Source: an uncultured Methanosarcinaceae archaeon
GTDB lineage: Archaea; Halobacteriota; Methanosarcinia; Methanosarcinales; Methanosarcinaceae
Assembly (NCBI GenBank): GCA_963847185.1
Contig: CAWJYV010000007.1
Span: forward strand, 640,001 to 704,000
Length of the DNA stretch: 64,000 nucleotides
Direction of reading: 5' to 3'
This document shows positions 40,508-50,965 of this stretch, in pieces. The notes below the pieces were generated by a model that was given only the letters and a program-made list of their open reading frames with translations, was not told the origin of the DNA and ran no database searches. Within the stretch, counting starts at the first letter, position 1, and every line of letters begins with the position of its first letter. Both the position numbers and the translations under genes were made by a program.

Positions 40508-41270
40508 ATGACTCATGGCAAATTTATGGAAAGAAAAAACTCCAAAGCAATCAGAGATCTTATACCCGAAATTACAAAACTTTCAGGCCGGAAATGCATA
40601 TTCAGGCAGCTTTCAGATCTCACTTTCCTTCCTGAACTTGAGGATAAGCTTAAAGAGGAACTCGAGGAGTACCTTGAAAGCAAAGAGCTTGAGGAGCTTG
40701 CAGACCTTCTTGAGGTTATTTACAGGATAGCAGAACTGAGGGGATCCTCAAAAGATGGTCTTGAGGCTTTAAGGGTTCATAAAAAGCTCGAAAAGGGAGG
40801 TTTTGAGAAAAATCTGCTCCTTCTTTCTCCTGCTGAAAAGATAGATCCTTCCTTCCTCTTCTTCTTCTTTGGACTTACTTCCTGCTGAATTACATCCCTC
40901 TGACCTTTCAGAATCCAATCATATAGTTTTCAGGCCTGAAAATGCAGAATTAATTGAGAAACACGGGGTCAGGATGAGGATTTATACCACTAAAGCGGAC
41001 TGCAAAAATGCTGCTCTCCTGTATCAGGATACAGAAATCGGACATACAGAAGAGTTTCTGCACGAAAGAAGTGATTTCATTTATTATATTCTTGAAGGAA
41101 GCGGTAGCTGGATAGTTGAAGACAGGGAATTTGAAGTCCAAGCCGGAGATGTGGTTGTCGTGCCTGCAGGGAAAAGATTCTGGTTCAAGGGAAGCCTTAA
41201 ACAGATTTGTATTACAGCTCCGGCCTGGGAAGAACAGTACGAGAGACACATAAAGTATCTTGAATTATAA
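40508..41270 (+). pseudogene. Pyrophosphohydrolase (PRA-PH/MazG-like) and cupin ORFs, probably one frameshifted fusion gene
   Basis: KAIRDLIPE...EELADLLEV...KGGF in ORF 40508-40888; cupin EFLHERSD...AGDVVVVPAG in ORF 40869-41270; overlap lies in a CT-rich tract. Confidence 0.6.
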
Positions 41271-41313
41271 CTGCGTGAAATTTAATTATTTAATTATTGT
41301 TACTCATTTTGTT

Positions 41314-42174
41314 TCATCCAAGTTCAAAACTTGTAACGCCGTAAACTCGTTCAAGCTTTATTTTCGGCTCTTCCAGGCTGTACATGCGAATAGTTTTGAA
41401 CATTACGTTCATCCTGTATTTATCTGCAATTTGCACTGCTTTTTTGTTTGGTTCCGGGACATCTAAATATATGGCTTCACCCGGGACAGAGGCCTTGAGG
41501 CCCAGAAATATTTTTTCCGCAATTGCCTGGTTGTCTGCAAAAAGAGGTCCTATTTTGTATCCTTCCCGGCATTTCCTTATAACACCATATCCTTTTAGTT
41601 TTCCTGCTTCAAGGGCAGCAAAAGAATAAGAATCAGGTTGTTTGATCCATCTTTTCAGAAAACCGGGCCTTGAGGCCGGAAACATTTGCCTGTCGTATTC
41701 CAGCAGTTTTTCAAATGGGACGGCTGAGATTTCTACAAGCCCATCTGGAAACTCTCCTCCACCCTTGCCTTCAAAACGCAGGTTACTGTAGAAGGAACGG
41801 AATTTCATTACCTTCTGATACTTTTTTTCGTTTTCTACTACCCCATCAAGCCCTATATTCCTGTTCCCCATATATTCCAGACATTTCTCGGTTAGTTTTG
41901 CCCCTACACCTTTTTCCCTGAACTCTGGCTCAACTACGTAAAGACCTAAAAAACCAAAAGAATCATCGTATGCAACAGCAGAAGCACAGCCTACTGTTTT
42001 TCCTGCCACTTCTGCAATGAAAAAGCCGTCAGGGTCAGTATCGTAAAAAAGTTCTCCATCATGGATGCCGGGATTCCAGCCTTCTGCAGCTGCCATTTCA
42101 ACTGCGAATTTGGCTTCTTCCCGGCTCATTTTTCGGATTTTCAGTTCTTTTATCTTTTCCTTATTTTTTTCCAT
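41314..42174 (-). CDS. Tandem GNAT acetyltransferase (YitH-like)
   Basis: AAAEGWNPG, FREKGVG, KIGPLFAD. Confidence 0.85.
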   Translation of the reverse strand: MEKNKEKIKELKIRKMSREEAKFAVEMAAAEGWNPGIHDGELFYDTDPDGFFIAEVAGKTVGCASAVAYDDSFGFLGLYVVEPEFREKGVGAKLTEKCLEYMGNRNIGLDGVVENEKKYQKVMKFRSFYSNLRFEGKGGGEFPDGLVEISAVPFEKLLEYDRQMFPASRPGFLKRWIKQPDSYSFAALEAGKLKGYGVIRKCREGYKIGPLFADNQAIAEKIFLGLKASVPGEAIYLDVPEPNKKAVQIADKYRMNVMFKTIRMYSLEEPKIKLERVYGVTSFELG

Positions 42175-42199
42175 GTAAGGTTTTATTCTTACTTCCTAT

Positions 42200-43336
42200 T
42201 TATTTTTTAAGCCTCTTGCTCTTCCCAACCGTTACTGCAAGATATGCCGCTACAATCGCGGCTGCTACAGGGTATATGCCAAAGGGCGATTTTTCTACTT
42301 CTGAATTTCCGTCTCCTTTAGAGGCCGTTTCACTTGTAGAGCTCTCGTCTGTAAACATAAATATATCCATAGCACCTTTGCGTTTGTCCTGCCAGACTAT
42401 CCTGCTTCCGTCAATTGCAGGGTTGCTCTCATACTCTGAGGCAGTAGAGACAGTCTTTTCTTCCCCTGTGGGGATATCGTAGATATAGATATTTGTTCCC
42501 TTTATTCTTCCGTCAGCCCATACGACTCTTCCATCTGATATAGCAGGGGTTTTCTGGGGAGATGTATTGGTAACTACAGGCTTTTCCTCTCCTTTAGAAA
42601 GGTCGTACATGTAAATGTCAAGGTTCCCATTGCGCCTGTCTTCCCATACAATATAATTGCCTTCAATCGCAGGGTTTGACTGTTCTGCAGAATCCGTAAC
42701 TACCTCACTTTCTTTACCTGTGTTGATATCGTATATGTAAATATCATCATTGCCGTTTCTGGTGTCTTTCCAGACAATTTTATCTCCTGAGATTGCAGGC
42801 TGAGACTGATCCGCTTTATCTGTTGTTATTTGAGTTTCTTTTTTGGTTGTAAGGTCGTACATGTAGATATCCGTATTCTGGTTCCTGCGGTCCGTCCATA
42901 CAATCTTATCGCCTGAGATTGCGGGTTCTATTTGGGAAGCCTTATCCGAGGTAATCCGGGTTTCGGTTTTGGAATCAAGATCATATATATAGATATCAGA
43001 GTTGCCTCTTCTGTTATCTGAGATAACCAGAAGGTTGCCAGATATTGCAGGTTCCATTTCATCTTCTGAGCCTGAAAAAAGTGCAACTTCTGTCCTTCCC
43101 ACAGAAAGATCGTACATGTAAATATCCCAGTTTCCGTCCCTCTCATCCTGCCAGACAATATAGTTCCCTGAGATTACCGGGCTAACCTGGTTCCCAAAAG
43201 CCGAGCTAATCTCCTGTTCTCTTCCATTCAATGCTTCATCAGCAGCCGACCCTGTGAATGTACACATTGCCATTAATAAAATAATCGAAATCAACAGAAT
43301 TGGAAAGTTTCCTTGTTTCAATCTTTTCACTTCCAA
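42200..43336 (-). CDS. Secreted beta-propeller (TolB-like methanogen repeat) protein with C-terminal membrane anchor
   Basis: Seven PAIxGxxIVWxDxRNGxxDIYMYDL repeats; C-terminal KSPF, hydrophobic helix and basic tail. Confidence 0.9.
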   Translation of the reverse strand: MEVKRLKQGNFPILLISIILLMAMCTFTGSAADEALNGREQEISSAFGNQVSPVISGNYIVWQDERDGNWDIYMYDLSVGRTEVALFSGSEDEMEPAISGNLLVISDNRRGNSDIYIYDLDSKTETRITSDKASQIEPAISGDKIVWTDRRNQNTDIYMYDLTTKKETQITTDKADQSQPAISGDKIVWKDTRNGNDDIYIYDINTGKESEVVTDSAEQSNPAIEGNYIVWEDRRNGNLDIYMYDLSKGEEKPVVTNTSPQKTPAISDGRVVWADGRIKGTNIYIYDIPTGEEKTVSTASEYESNPAIDGSRIVWQDKRKGAMDIFMFTDESSTSETASKGDGNSEVEKSPFGIYPVAAAIVAAYLAVTVGKSKRLKK

Positions 43337-43563
43337 TATTCCCTCTGGAACTTCAGTATGGATTTTTGAATATGTAGAATGCTTTTATTTTTCAGCATGT
43401 ATCTAAATAATATATTCCAGCAAAGAGTCTTTTTGACAGCTAGAAATCCTCGAATTGTATATATCTTCCATACTTTTTATCAATTTCCTGAGTCCGGCTT
43501 CTTCTTCTCTTTTAAAGAAGATCTTTTGATATTAAGTCTGAGAGTCTGTTTTCATTGGTCATG

Positions 43564-44166
43564 CTAAAACCTTTCAAGTTCTGCCTTATTTTTTGTCTGG
43601 TTTTTTACTTTTTCGATTAATTCATTTTCAAGATCTTTTTTTACGAAAAGAGTAAACTCTACGGTCTCAGAGTATTTTTCTTCCTCTATGTTTCCATATC
43701 CCTCTATCAGATTTCTTATTTTCTGACTTTCAGGATATCCTGTGCGTATTTTAAGCCTGACCTGTTCATAAACTTCAATAGTTCCTGCCTCTTCAATAGC
43801 TGAGAGTGCTGTTTCTCTGTATGCTCTTGAAAGGCCTCCAAAGCCCAGCTTTGTTCCCCCAAAATACCTGGTCACAACCACAATAGAGTTCTGAATGTCC
43901 TTTGACTCAAGTATTTTTAATATGGGCTTTCCGGAGCTTCCGGAAGGTTCTCCGTCATCGTCCGATTTGAAGGCAAAGGAATTTTTTTCTCTTACAAAAT
44001 AGGCTGAAACGTTATGATCTGCATCCCCATGCAATTCCTTTATCTTTTTTATGAAAGCCTTTGCTTCATCCTCATTTTTTATAGGACTTGCATAACCTAT
44101 AAACAGGGAATTCTTGAATTCCTTTTGAGTCGTGCTGGAGCACCTAAGGGTTTTATGATAATTCAG
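43564..44166 (-). CDS. YigZ/IMPACT family protein
   Basis: EFKNSLFIG, ADHNVSAY, DDDGEPSGSSGKP, VVTRYFGGTKLGFGGLSRAY; frame open up to CTG 44166 after GGGGA. Confidence 0.88.
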   Translation of the reverse strand: MNYHKTLRCSSTTQKEFKNSLFIGYASPIKNEDEAKAFIKKIKELHGDADHNVSAYFVREKNSFAFKSDDDGEPSGSSGKPILKILESKDIQNSIVVVTRYFGGTKLGFGGLSRAYRETALSAIEEAGTIEVYEQVRLKIRTGYPESQKIRNLIEGYGNIEEEKYSETVEFTLFVKKDLENELIEKVKNQTKNKAELERF

Positions 44167-44556
44167 TTTTTATCCCCATGTATTTTATCTCTTTTATATA
44201 CTGAAAGTTAATAAATTTTTATTATTCAGCGGGGGACCTTCAAACCTTTAAATATTTTCCTTTTTTTTTCATTATGTATTATCTAACTTGTTTATAATAT
44301 ATGAAACATGGGCATTTATTACGATTCATTTGATAAATATAATTATATTTATTTTTACATTGGAATTAATTAATTTTATTATTCAAATTGCGTCATATAT
44401 TTCTATTATATAAACTATTTCGGTCTCTTATTTTTTAACCAAATCGAAAAGTTTTAATCTTATTGGCTGATCATGCATTACTATCTCATATGAAAAATCT
44501 CATAATTTTCTATGAGCTGGGTGTAAAAAAGGAAGAGAACTTTCGAGGTAAAATTA

Positions 44557-44850
44557 ATGAAAAAAATGTTAAAGATCATGGCTATGCTCCTCGTTATTGC
44601 TACTGTCATCTTTGCAGCCGGCTGTGCTGACAAAGAAGCTCCAGCAACAGAAGAGGAAAATACAGAACAGGTAACTGAAGAAACTAATGTATCAGATGTC
44701 GGTCTTGGAGAACAGACTGGAAACGGTGATGCACCAAACATGACTGAAAACATCACTGAAAACATGACTGAAAACATCACTGAAGACATCACTGATGAAA
44801 ACATCACTGAAAACATCACTGATGAAAACATCACTAACGAAACAAAGTAA
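44557..44850 (+). CDS. Small acidic lipoprotein with TENI/TENM tandem repeats
   Basis: Lipobox FAAGC; 12-bp repeats ACTGAAAACAT(C/G) at about 44740-44840. Confidence 0.8.
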   Translation: MKKMLKIMAMLLVIATVIFAAGCADKEAPATEEENTEQVTEETNVSDVGLGEQTGNGDAPNMTENITENMTENITEDITDENITENITDENITNETK

Positions 44851-44877
44851 GAGTTTTTTGTTTCCACAAAAATCTGA

Positions 44878-44897
44878 GTAGCCTTTATAAAGGCTAC
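44878..44897. terminator. Perfect 20-bp palindrome after lipoprotein gene
   Basis: GTAGCCTTTATAAAGGCTAC with nearby T-runs. Confidence 0.55.
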
Positions 44898-45457
44898 AAA
44901 CTTCTATTTTTTCAATACCAGTAATTCAACTTAGATTATCTAATGTTTCTCTGTGAACGATAATCATTTTTCTAGACCGTAAGTTATCAATTTTTTTACC
45001 CTGCTATCGAAGGAGCATTGTAATATATTTTCTTTATTTTAACTATCTCTGATTATCGATTTTAAGGCATCTAGAACTAATTTAAAGGTCTTTTACTGTT
45101 CGGTTTTTCCTGATGAGTTGAATCAGTATTGTTAACACTTAATCTCACGCATAAAAAACGCCATTTATTAACCTGGACCTTTATAATCCTCAATTATAAC
45201 AGTAACTTTATTATTGGACTGTATTTTGACTATTCGTTTTACAATTTTTCTATTTATTATCTAAATAGTTGCAAATATGTCGCAAATCTATATAAATATT
45301 AATTTTTCTTTATTTTTGAAGCTTATTTATTTGATATTTATGTTTAATTATATAAATACGAATTAAAAATAGAAATCTTTTAATCTATTGTTTTACTTGT
45401 TATAAATTTGGTGTTTATAAATTAATTTTTTTAATGAAGGCTTTTAGAGGTACTGAT

Positions 45458-46345
45458 ATGCAAAAAATGTTAAAAACAATTGTATTTTTTCTTTTAATTG
45501 CTACCATTGTCTTTGCAGCCGGCTGTGCTGAAAAGAGTGTAGACGATACAAAAGAAGTTGCCCCAGCAGAAGAAAACATTCCTGCTGAAGGAAGTGTTGG
45601 TGCTGGAGAAAATACTACTGCCGCAGAAAATACTGTTGCAGATAATACATCCGGGGAGATGCCCACTTACATCGTAGGAACAGAAGCCCAGTTTCCTCCT
45701 TTTGAGATTGTTGATTCTCAGGGGAATGTTATCGGCTTTGATGTTGACCTTCTGAACGCAATTGCGGAAGACCAGGGATTTAAAGTTCAGTATATGGACC
45801 AGGACTTCGCAGGTCTTATCCCAGCACTCCAGACCGGAAACATTGACATTATCGCCTCAGGGATGACAATTACTGAAGAGCGCGAAAAAGAAGTCGATTT
45901 CAGTGAGCCTTACATTACTGCAGGACTGGCTCTTGCCGTAACTGTTGACAATGAAGATATTAAAAGTGTAGATGACCTGAAGGGCAAGACAGCAGCTGTT
46001 CAGACAGGTTCCACTGGCTATATGAAAGCAGAAGAGCTTAAGAATGCAGGAGTTATTGCCGAAATCAAAGATTTCCCTCATGTAAATGAGGCTATTGAGG
46101 AAATAAAGATCGGTGGTGCAGATGTAATGATCAATGACCTGCCTGTCACAAATGCTTTTATTGCAGCTCAACCTGGAGTAATTAAAATCGTAGGTGAACC
46201 TCTTACTGGCGAATCCTATGGTTTTGCCGTTCGTTCTGGCAATACTGAACTTCTTAATAAGATCAATAAAGGTCTTGAAAACGTCAAAGCCAGCGGCAAG
46301 TATGATGAACTTATGAAAAACATTCCAAATTATATGGAAGAATAA
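45458..46345 (+). CDS. Polar amino-acid ABC transporter substrate-binding lipoprotein
   Basis: FAAGC lipobox; FPPFE, GFDVDL, GMTITEER, AVQTGSTG. Confidence 0.93.
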   Translation: MQKMLKTIVFFLLIATIVFAAGCAEKSVDDTKEVAPAEENIPAEGSVGAGENTTAAENTVADNTSGEMPTYIVGTEAQFPPFEIVDSQGNVIGFDVDLLNAIAEDQGFKVQYMDQDFAGLIPALQTGNIDIIASGMTITEEREKEVDFSEPYITAGLALAVTVDNEDIKSVDDLKGKTAAVQTGSTGYMKAEELKNAGVIAEIKDFPHVNEAIEEIKIGGADVMINDLPVTNAFIAAQPGVIKIVGEPLTGESYGFAVRSGNTELLNKINKGLENVKASGKYDELMKNIPNYMEE

Positions 46346-46759
46346 ATGAAGTTCTAACTTGAGAATCAAGCACTAATTGTGCTTCTCTCATTTTCACTTC
46401 TGTTTTTTCAGGCCAATTTTGCTAAACTCTTGTTGAAAGATTATTTGATTTCTAAAATCTCTTTATTTTCCTTTCTCATAACATTCTAACTTATCATGCC
46501 CCTGTTTAAAATGATTGGTTTTATATAATTGAATATTATTTATCAATATGTATTTCTATAAAACAGGTAACTGCACTGGATATTTCTCTAAAGGTCTTAT
46601 TAAGGACGCTCTGAAAGCTATATGCTGAAATGTGCACCGAAAAGACCCTGTTCTGGTTGCATCTGGAAAAACGTACATTCTTCATAAAGGTACTCTCAAC
46701 ACTTGCCATATTTGCTCCAAGTCCATCTCTATATTATCGTAAACATCTGAGGTCGAAGT

Positions 46760-47455
46760 TTGTCTCTTTTAGCCTCCTATCTTCACCACATTATCGCCGT
46801 GTTCCCCAGTTTGCTAAGGGGGGCAGTAATTACTGTAGAGGTCACTACCTTTGCAATATTTTTTGGATTGATGCTGGGGACTATTGCAGCCTTTGGAAAA
46901 CTCTCCAAAAGATCGCTTTTCAGAATTCCCAGTTCTATTTATGTTGATTTTATCAGGGGAACCCCTTTATTTGTTCAAATCCTGATTTTTTACTATGGTA
47001 TTCCCGGTCTTATTAACGGACTTACAGGTGAAGTGTTCCGCGTCGATCCAATTATCGCAGGTATTGCCGTATGCAGCATCAACAGCGGGGCATACAATGC
47101 GGAAATTGTACGTGCAGGCATCAAGTCTGTTGACAGAGGCCAGATGGAAGCAGCTCGTTCCCTTGGAATGACCGAAGGGCAGGCTATGAAGGAAGTAATT
47201 ATGCCTCAGGCTGTCAGGCTCATTATCCCCCCTCTGGGAAATGAATTCATTGCACTTTTGAAAGACTCTTCTCTACTGGCAGTTATCAGCGTACATGAGC
47301 TTTCCAAAAATGGAATGCTCTATGTCTCAAAAACATTTGCAGCCTTTCCAGCGTATATTTCGGTAGCTTTTGTGTATCTGGCATTGACCATGGGAATTTC
47401 CAGGATTCTTAATTACATTGAAAGGAGGCTCGGTGTAAGTGATAGAAGTGAATAA
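46760..47455 (+). CDS. Polar amino-acid ABC transporter permease
   Basis: [18 protein letters not shown]...[17 protein letters not shown]. Confidence 0.94.
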   Translation: MSLLASYLHHIIAVFPSLLRGAVITVEVTTFAIFFGLMLGTIAAFGKLSKRSLFRIPSSIYVDFIRGTPLFVQILIFYYGIPGLINGLTGEVFRVDPIIAGIAVCSINSGAYNAEIVRAGIKSVDRGQMEAARSLGMTEGQAMKEVIMPQAVRLIIPPLGNEFIALLKDSSLLAVISVHELSKNGMLYVSKTFAAFPAYISVAFVYLALTMGISRILNYIERRLGVSDRSE

Positions 47456-48161
47456 TCTTCACAAGAACTTCGGAAATTTGAAAGTCCTTAAAGGAATCAC
47501 TGAGAAGATTGAAGACAGTGAAGTGGTCTGTATAATTGGCCCTTCAGGGTCCGGCAAAAGCACTTTCCTCCGTTGCTTGAACCTCCTTGAAACCCCTACT
47601 TCCGGGGATATCTGGATTTATGGGGAAAAGATCACATCCCCTACTGTTAATATAAACAAAATCAGGGAAGAAGTAGGCATGGTTTTCCAGCGCTTCAACC
47701 TTTTTCCTCACATGACTGCTCTTAAGAATGTAGCTCTTGCCCCGATAAAGGTTCGTGGTATTTCCGAAAAAGAAGCTTACGACCGTGCCCGTGATCTCCT
47801 TAAAAAAGTAGGGCTTGAGGATAAAGCCGATGTCTATCCCAATTCTCTTTCCGGGGGTCAGCAGCAAAGGGTTGCAATCGCCAGAGCTCTTGCCATGCGT
47901 CCCAAAGTCATGCTTTTTGATGAGCCCACATCTGCTCTAGATCCTGAAATGGTCGGAGAAGTCTTAAACGTCATGAAAAGCCTTGCAAAAGAAGGCATGA
48001 CAATGGTTGTCGTGACACATGAAATGGGTTTTGCCAGGGAAGTAGGGAATCGAGTACTTTTCATGGATGACGGTATCATAGTCGAAAAAGGGACACCCCA
48101 CGAAATCTTCTTTGATGCTCAGAATGAAAGAACAAAGTCATTTTTGAGCAAGATTTTGTAA
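47439..48161 (+). CDS. Polar amino-acid ABC transporter ATPase (GlnQ-like)
   Basis: [28 protein letters not shown]. Confidence 0.95.
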   Translation: MIEVNNLHKNFGNLKVLKGITEKIEDSEVVCIIGPSGSGKSTFLRCLNLLETPTSGDIWIYGEKITSPTVNINKIREEVGMVFQRFNLFPHMTALKNVALAPIKVRGISEKEAYDRARDLLKKVGLEDKADVYPNSLSGGQQQRVAIARALAMRPKVMLFDEPTSALDPEMVGEVLNVMKSLAKEGMTMVVVTHEMGFAREVGNRVLFMDDGIIVEKGTPHEIFFDAQNERTKSFLSKIL

Positions 48162-48448
48162 AGTTTTACTTAATCTAGGTTCCCTTTTCAGATATTTGCG
48201 TCTCAATATTTTAAAATACAATTGAAAAATTCTTTAGCTGGCTAGATTTATGCGGAAAGTATTTCCTGGATTGAAATAAACGAAATATCATACCCTGGGT
48301 TGTAATGTTAGTAGCAATACTGAAATTAAATCAAGCTTTAATAAGCTAACTCAAGTTTTAAGGTCCATTATTTACTAGCTTATTGGGGAGCGAAAAATGG
48401 GGTATCTATGTTTCTACCTCTGTGTTAAAAATTATTATATTTACTGAG

Positions 48449-48777
48449 TTTGTTTGATGGAGTTGAGCCTGAGGTCATAGATAAGGTGAAAAATTGTTGA
48501 AGGTGTTTGCGAAATTACAGACCTCAGAGCCCGCTGGATTGGCCCCAGGCTCCATGTAGAGATCAATGCTTCCGTTTTCCCTTCGCTTTCTGTTAAAGAA
48601 GGGCACGACATTGCTAACGCGATAAGAGAAAAGCTTCTGGAAAACTTTTCTCACCTTTCAGGTACTACTATTCATGTAGATCCCCTTACAGCTTCAGGAG
48701 AGTGCTGTCACTGCGGGCTTGAAAGTTCTGAAATAAGGCATGTGAAAAATACACATATTTTAAATGTTCACTCATAA
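48449..48777 (+). pseudogene. C-terminal remnant of a cation diffusion facilitator (dimerisation domain)
   Basis: LFDGVEPEVID, then shifted frame VEGVCEITDLRARWIGPRLHVEIN...LSVKEGHDIA...TIHVDP*; no TM part or start codon. Confidence 0.75.
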
Positions 48778-48890
48778 TGAAGTTAATGAAATATCAGTTT
48801 CTTTCCGATCCGTCATGATTTTTACTTCTTACTTTTTTACGTTTGCTGCCTGAAGCTTTTATTTATCTCTTTATTTGTCATGCTGTTTTG

Positions 48891-49559
48891 TCATGCTGTA
48901 AACACTACGTCTACTCTTTCTACATCCCACAAAGACCCCAGTTTTTCCATAATGTCTTCTTTTATTGCAGATGCAAACTGGTGATCTGCGGGCAGGTCTA
49001 CGACCACTCTAATCACTCCGTTTTCAACACTTGTTTTCAGGATAAGATTTGTACGGATTATGTCCAGGCCGGTTAGCGGGTTCATTACATGCTTAAGCCT
49101 ATTCCTGATAACTTCCTCTGTCGTAGGCTCCTTTTCGGTAACAAGTCCGTGCTTTTCTTCATAGTCTCTGATTGCAGCACGAAGACCCTCAACTGCAAGC
49201 ACTGAGCAGTGGGCTTTAATCGGAGGCAGCCCTCCAAGTTCTTCAGAAGCCTGTTTCCAGGTTATTTTTTTTGCTTCATCAAGAGTCTTTCCACGTGCCA
49301 TATCTGTTATAACCGAACCTGTAGCGATATTTGAAGCACAGCCATAAGATTCGAATTTTATGTCCTCAATAACCTTTGTGTCAGGATTGACCTTAAGATA
49401 AACTGCAACCATATCCCCGCATGCAGGGCTTCCTTCAAGACCTTTCCCATCAGGATTTTCTATTTTTCCTACGTTATGTGGATTCCTGAAATGTTCCAGC
49501 ACTTTTTCAGTGTAAGGAAACTTTATTGTTTCACTTTTCTCTTTGCGTTTAATCTCCAT
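48891..49559 (-). CDS. iscU: IscU/NifU-N Fe-S scaffold with C-terminal DUF59-like domain
   Basis: YTEKVLEHFRNPHN, PACGD, YGCAS, LPPIKAHCS; LKHVMNPLTGLDII. Confidence 0.9.
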   Translation of the reverse strand: MEIKRKEKSETIKFPYTEKVLEHFRNPHNVGKIENPDGKGLEGSPACGDMVAVYLKVNPDTKVIEDIKFESYGCASNIATGSVITDMARGKTLDEAKKITWKQASEELGGLPPIKAHCSVLAVEGLRAAIRDYEEKHGLVTEKEPTTEEVIRNRLKHVMNPLTGLDIIRTNLILKTSVENGVIRVVVDLPADHQFASAIKEDIMEKLGSLWDVERVDVVFTA

Positions 49560-49608
49560 TTTCCGACCTTCTTTTATCCTGATTTCTTATGTTTCCTTTA
49601 TTTTCAGT

Positions 49609-50775
49609 TCATTTTCTTGCAAGGGGACTTATTTCTCTAAGCTTTGCCACAATCTCACTCATGGCATCAATAGCCGCATCGACATCTTCCATCTTATTGT
49701 ATCGTCCGAAGGTAAAACGAACTGATCCATGAGCTCTTTCATGATCTCCTCCAATACCCCTTATCACATGGCTGGCTTCAAGGGAGCGGCTAAAGCAGGC
49801 TGAACCTGTACTTACTGCAAACCCTCTCATGTCCATATGCAGAGTAACAGATTCTCCTTCTACATAGTGGAAAGTCAGGTTTGCGTTCTGTGGCAGGCGT
49901 TTTTCTCGGCTCCCATTGAGGGTAACATCCGAAATTTCGGAAAGGGCTTTCTCGATTACCCTATCTCTCATGGCTTCAAGCCTTCTATTTTCTTCTTCAG
50001 TTACGAGTTCTACTGCCTTTGAGAAACCTACGGCCCCTGGAATATTTTCCACTCCAGCCCTCAGGTTGAACTCCTGAAAACCTCCGTCCATAAATTTACT
50101 TATTGGCGTGTCTTTTCTGATGTAGAGAGCACCTACTCCCCTGGGGCCATGAATGGTGTGGGCTGACATAGTAACCAGATCTACGGGCAGTTCCTTCACA
50201 TTGAGGGGAAGCCGGGTAAAACTATGGGTGGCATCCGTATGCAAGAGCACATCTTTTTCTTTGCAGATCTCTGAAATAAGCTTCAGATCCTGCACTGTTC
50301 CTATTTCCTGGTTTCCATGCTGGATTGAGACAAGGATTGTCTCTTTTGCGATCGCTTTTCTTAGTCCTTCGAGGTCTACAAACCCATGTGCGTCTACGTC
50401 CAGGAAAGTTACGTCAAATCCCTGTTTCTGGAGAGCTTTTGCCGTATTCAGGACAGGAAAATCCTCTATTTTTGAGACAATAATATGCTTGCCTTTTCTT
50501 TCTTTAAGGGCCCAGGCCACTCCTTTAAGAGCAGTGTTGCTTGACTCCGTATCTCCAGAAGTGAAAATTACCTCGTTTGAATCAGCGCCGAGTCTTGCAA
50601 TTATACTTTCGCGTGATTTTTCGAGCCCTTCTTTTGCATCCAGGCCCATTGAATACCCAAATTCAGATGTTGCTACTGCATAGGTCTCAAAAAAATAAGG
50701 TTGCATTGCCTCAAGCACCCTTTCATCAAGACGGGTGGACGCAGCATTGTCAAGATAAACTATATTCTCAAATAT
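49609..50775 (-). CDS. iscS: IscS/NifS-like cysteine desulfurase homolog lacking the PLP lysine
   Basis: VYLDNAAST, FTSGDTESSN, HTDATHS, SAHTIHGPRG (K replaced by T), STGSACFS; start placed at ATA 50775 after GAGGAGGGG. Confidence 0.88.
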   Translation of the reverse strand: MFENIVYLDNAASTRLDERVLEAMQPYFFETYAVATSEFGYSMGLDAKEGLEKSRESIIARLGADSNEVIFTSGDTESSNTALKGVAWALKERKGKHIIVSKIEDFPVLNTAKALQKQGFDVTFLDVDAHGFVDLEGLRKAIAKETILVSIQHGNQEIGTVQDLKLISEICKEKDVLLHTDATHSFTRLPLNVKELPVDLVTMSAHTIHGPRGVGALYIRKDTPISKFMDGGFQEFNLRAGVENIPGAVGFSKAVELVTEEENRRLEAMRDRVIEKALSEISDVTLNGSREKRLPQNANLTFHYVEGESVTLHMDMRGFAVSTGSACFSRSLEASHVIRGIGGDHERAHGSVRFTFGRYNKMEDVDAAIDAMSEIVAKLREISPLARK

Positions 50776-50965
50776 TTTTTCCCCTCCTCAGATTAAATAG
50801 ATCTTCTACTTTATAATTAAATTTCAAGTTTACAATTAAATTTTGAGAATTATCGGATAGGATTCTAAACACGTTATTTGCTGAATATAACTGATTAAGA
50901 ATTGAAACAAATCAAATAGAAATTCGGACTGCCATAATAACCTAAGCCTTAAAAATTCCTAATAA

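Noticed and set aside
42300-43200. Regularly spaced DNA repeats suggesting an array
   Set aside because: Explained by coding beta-propeller repeats
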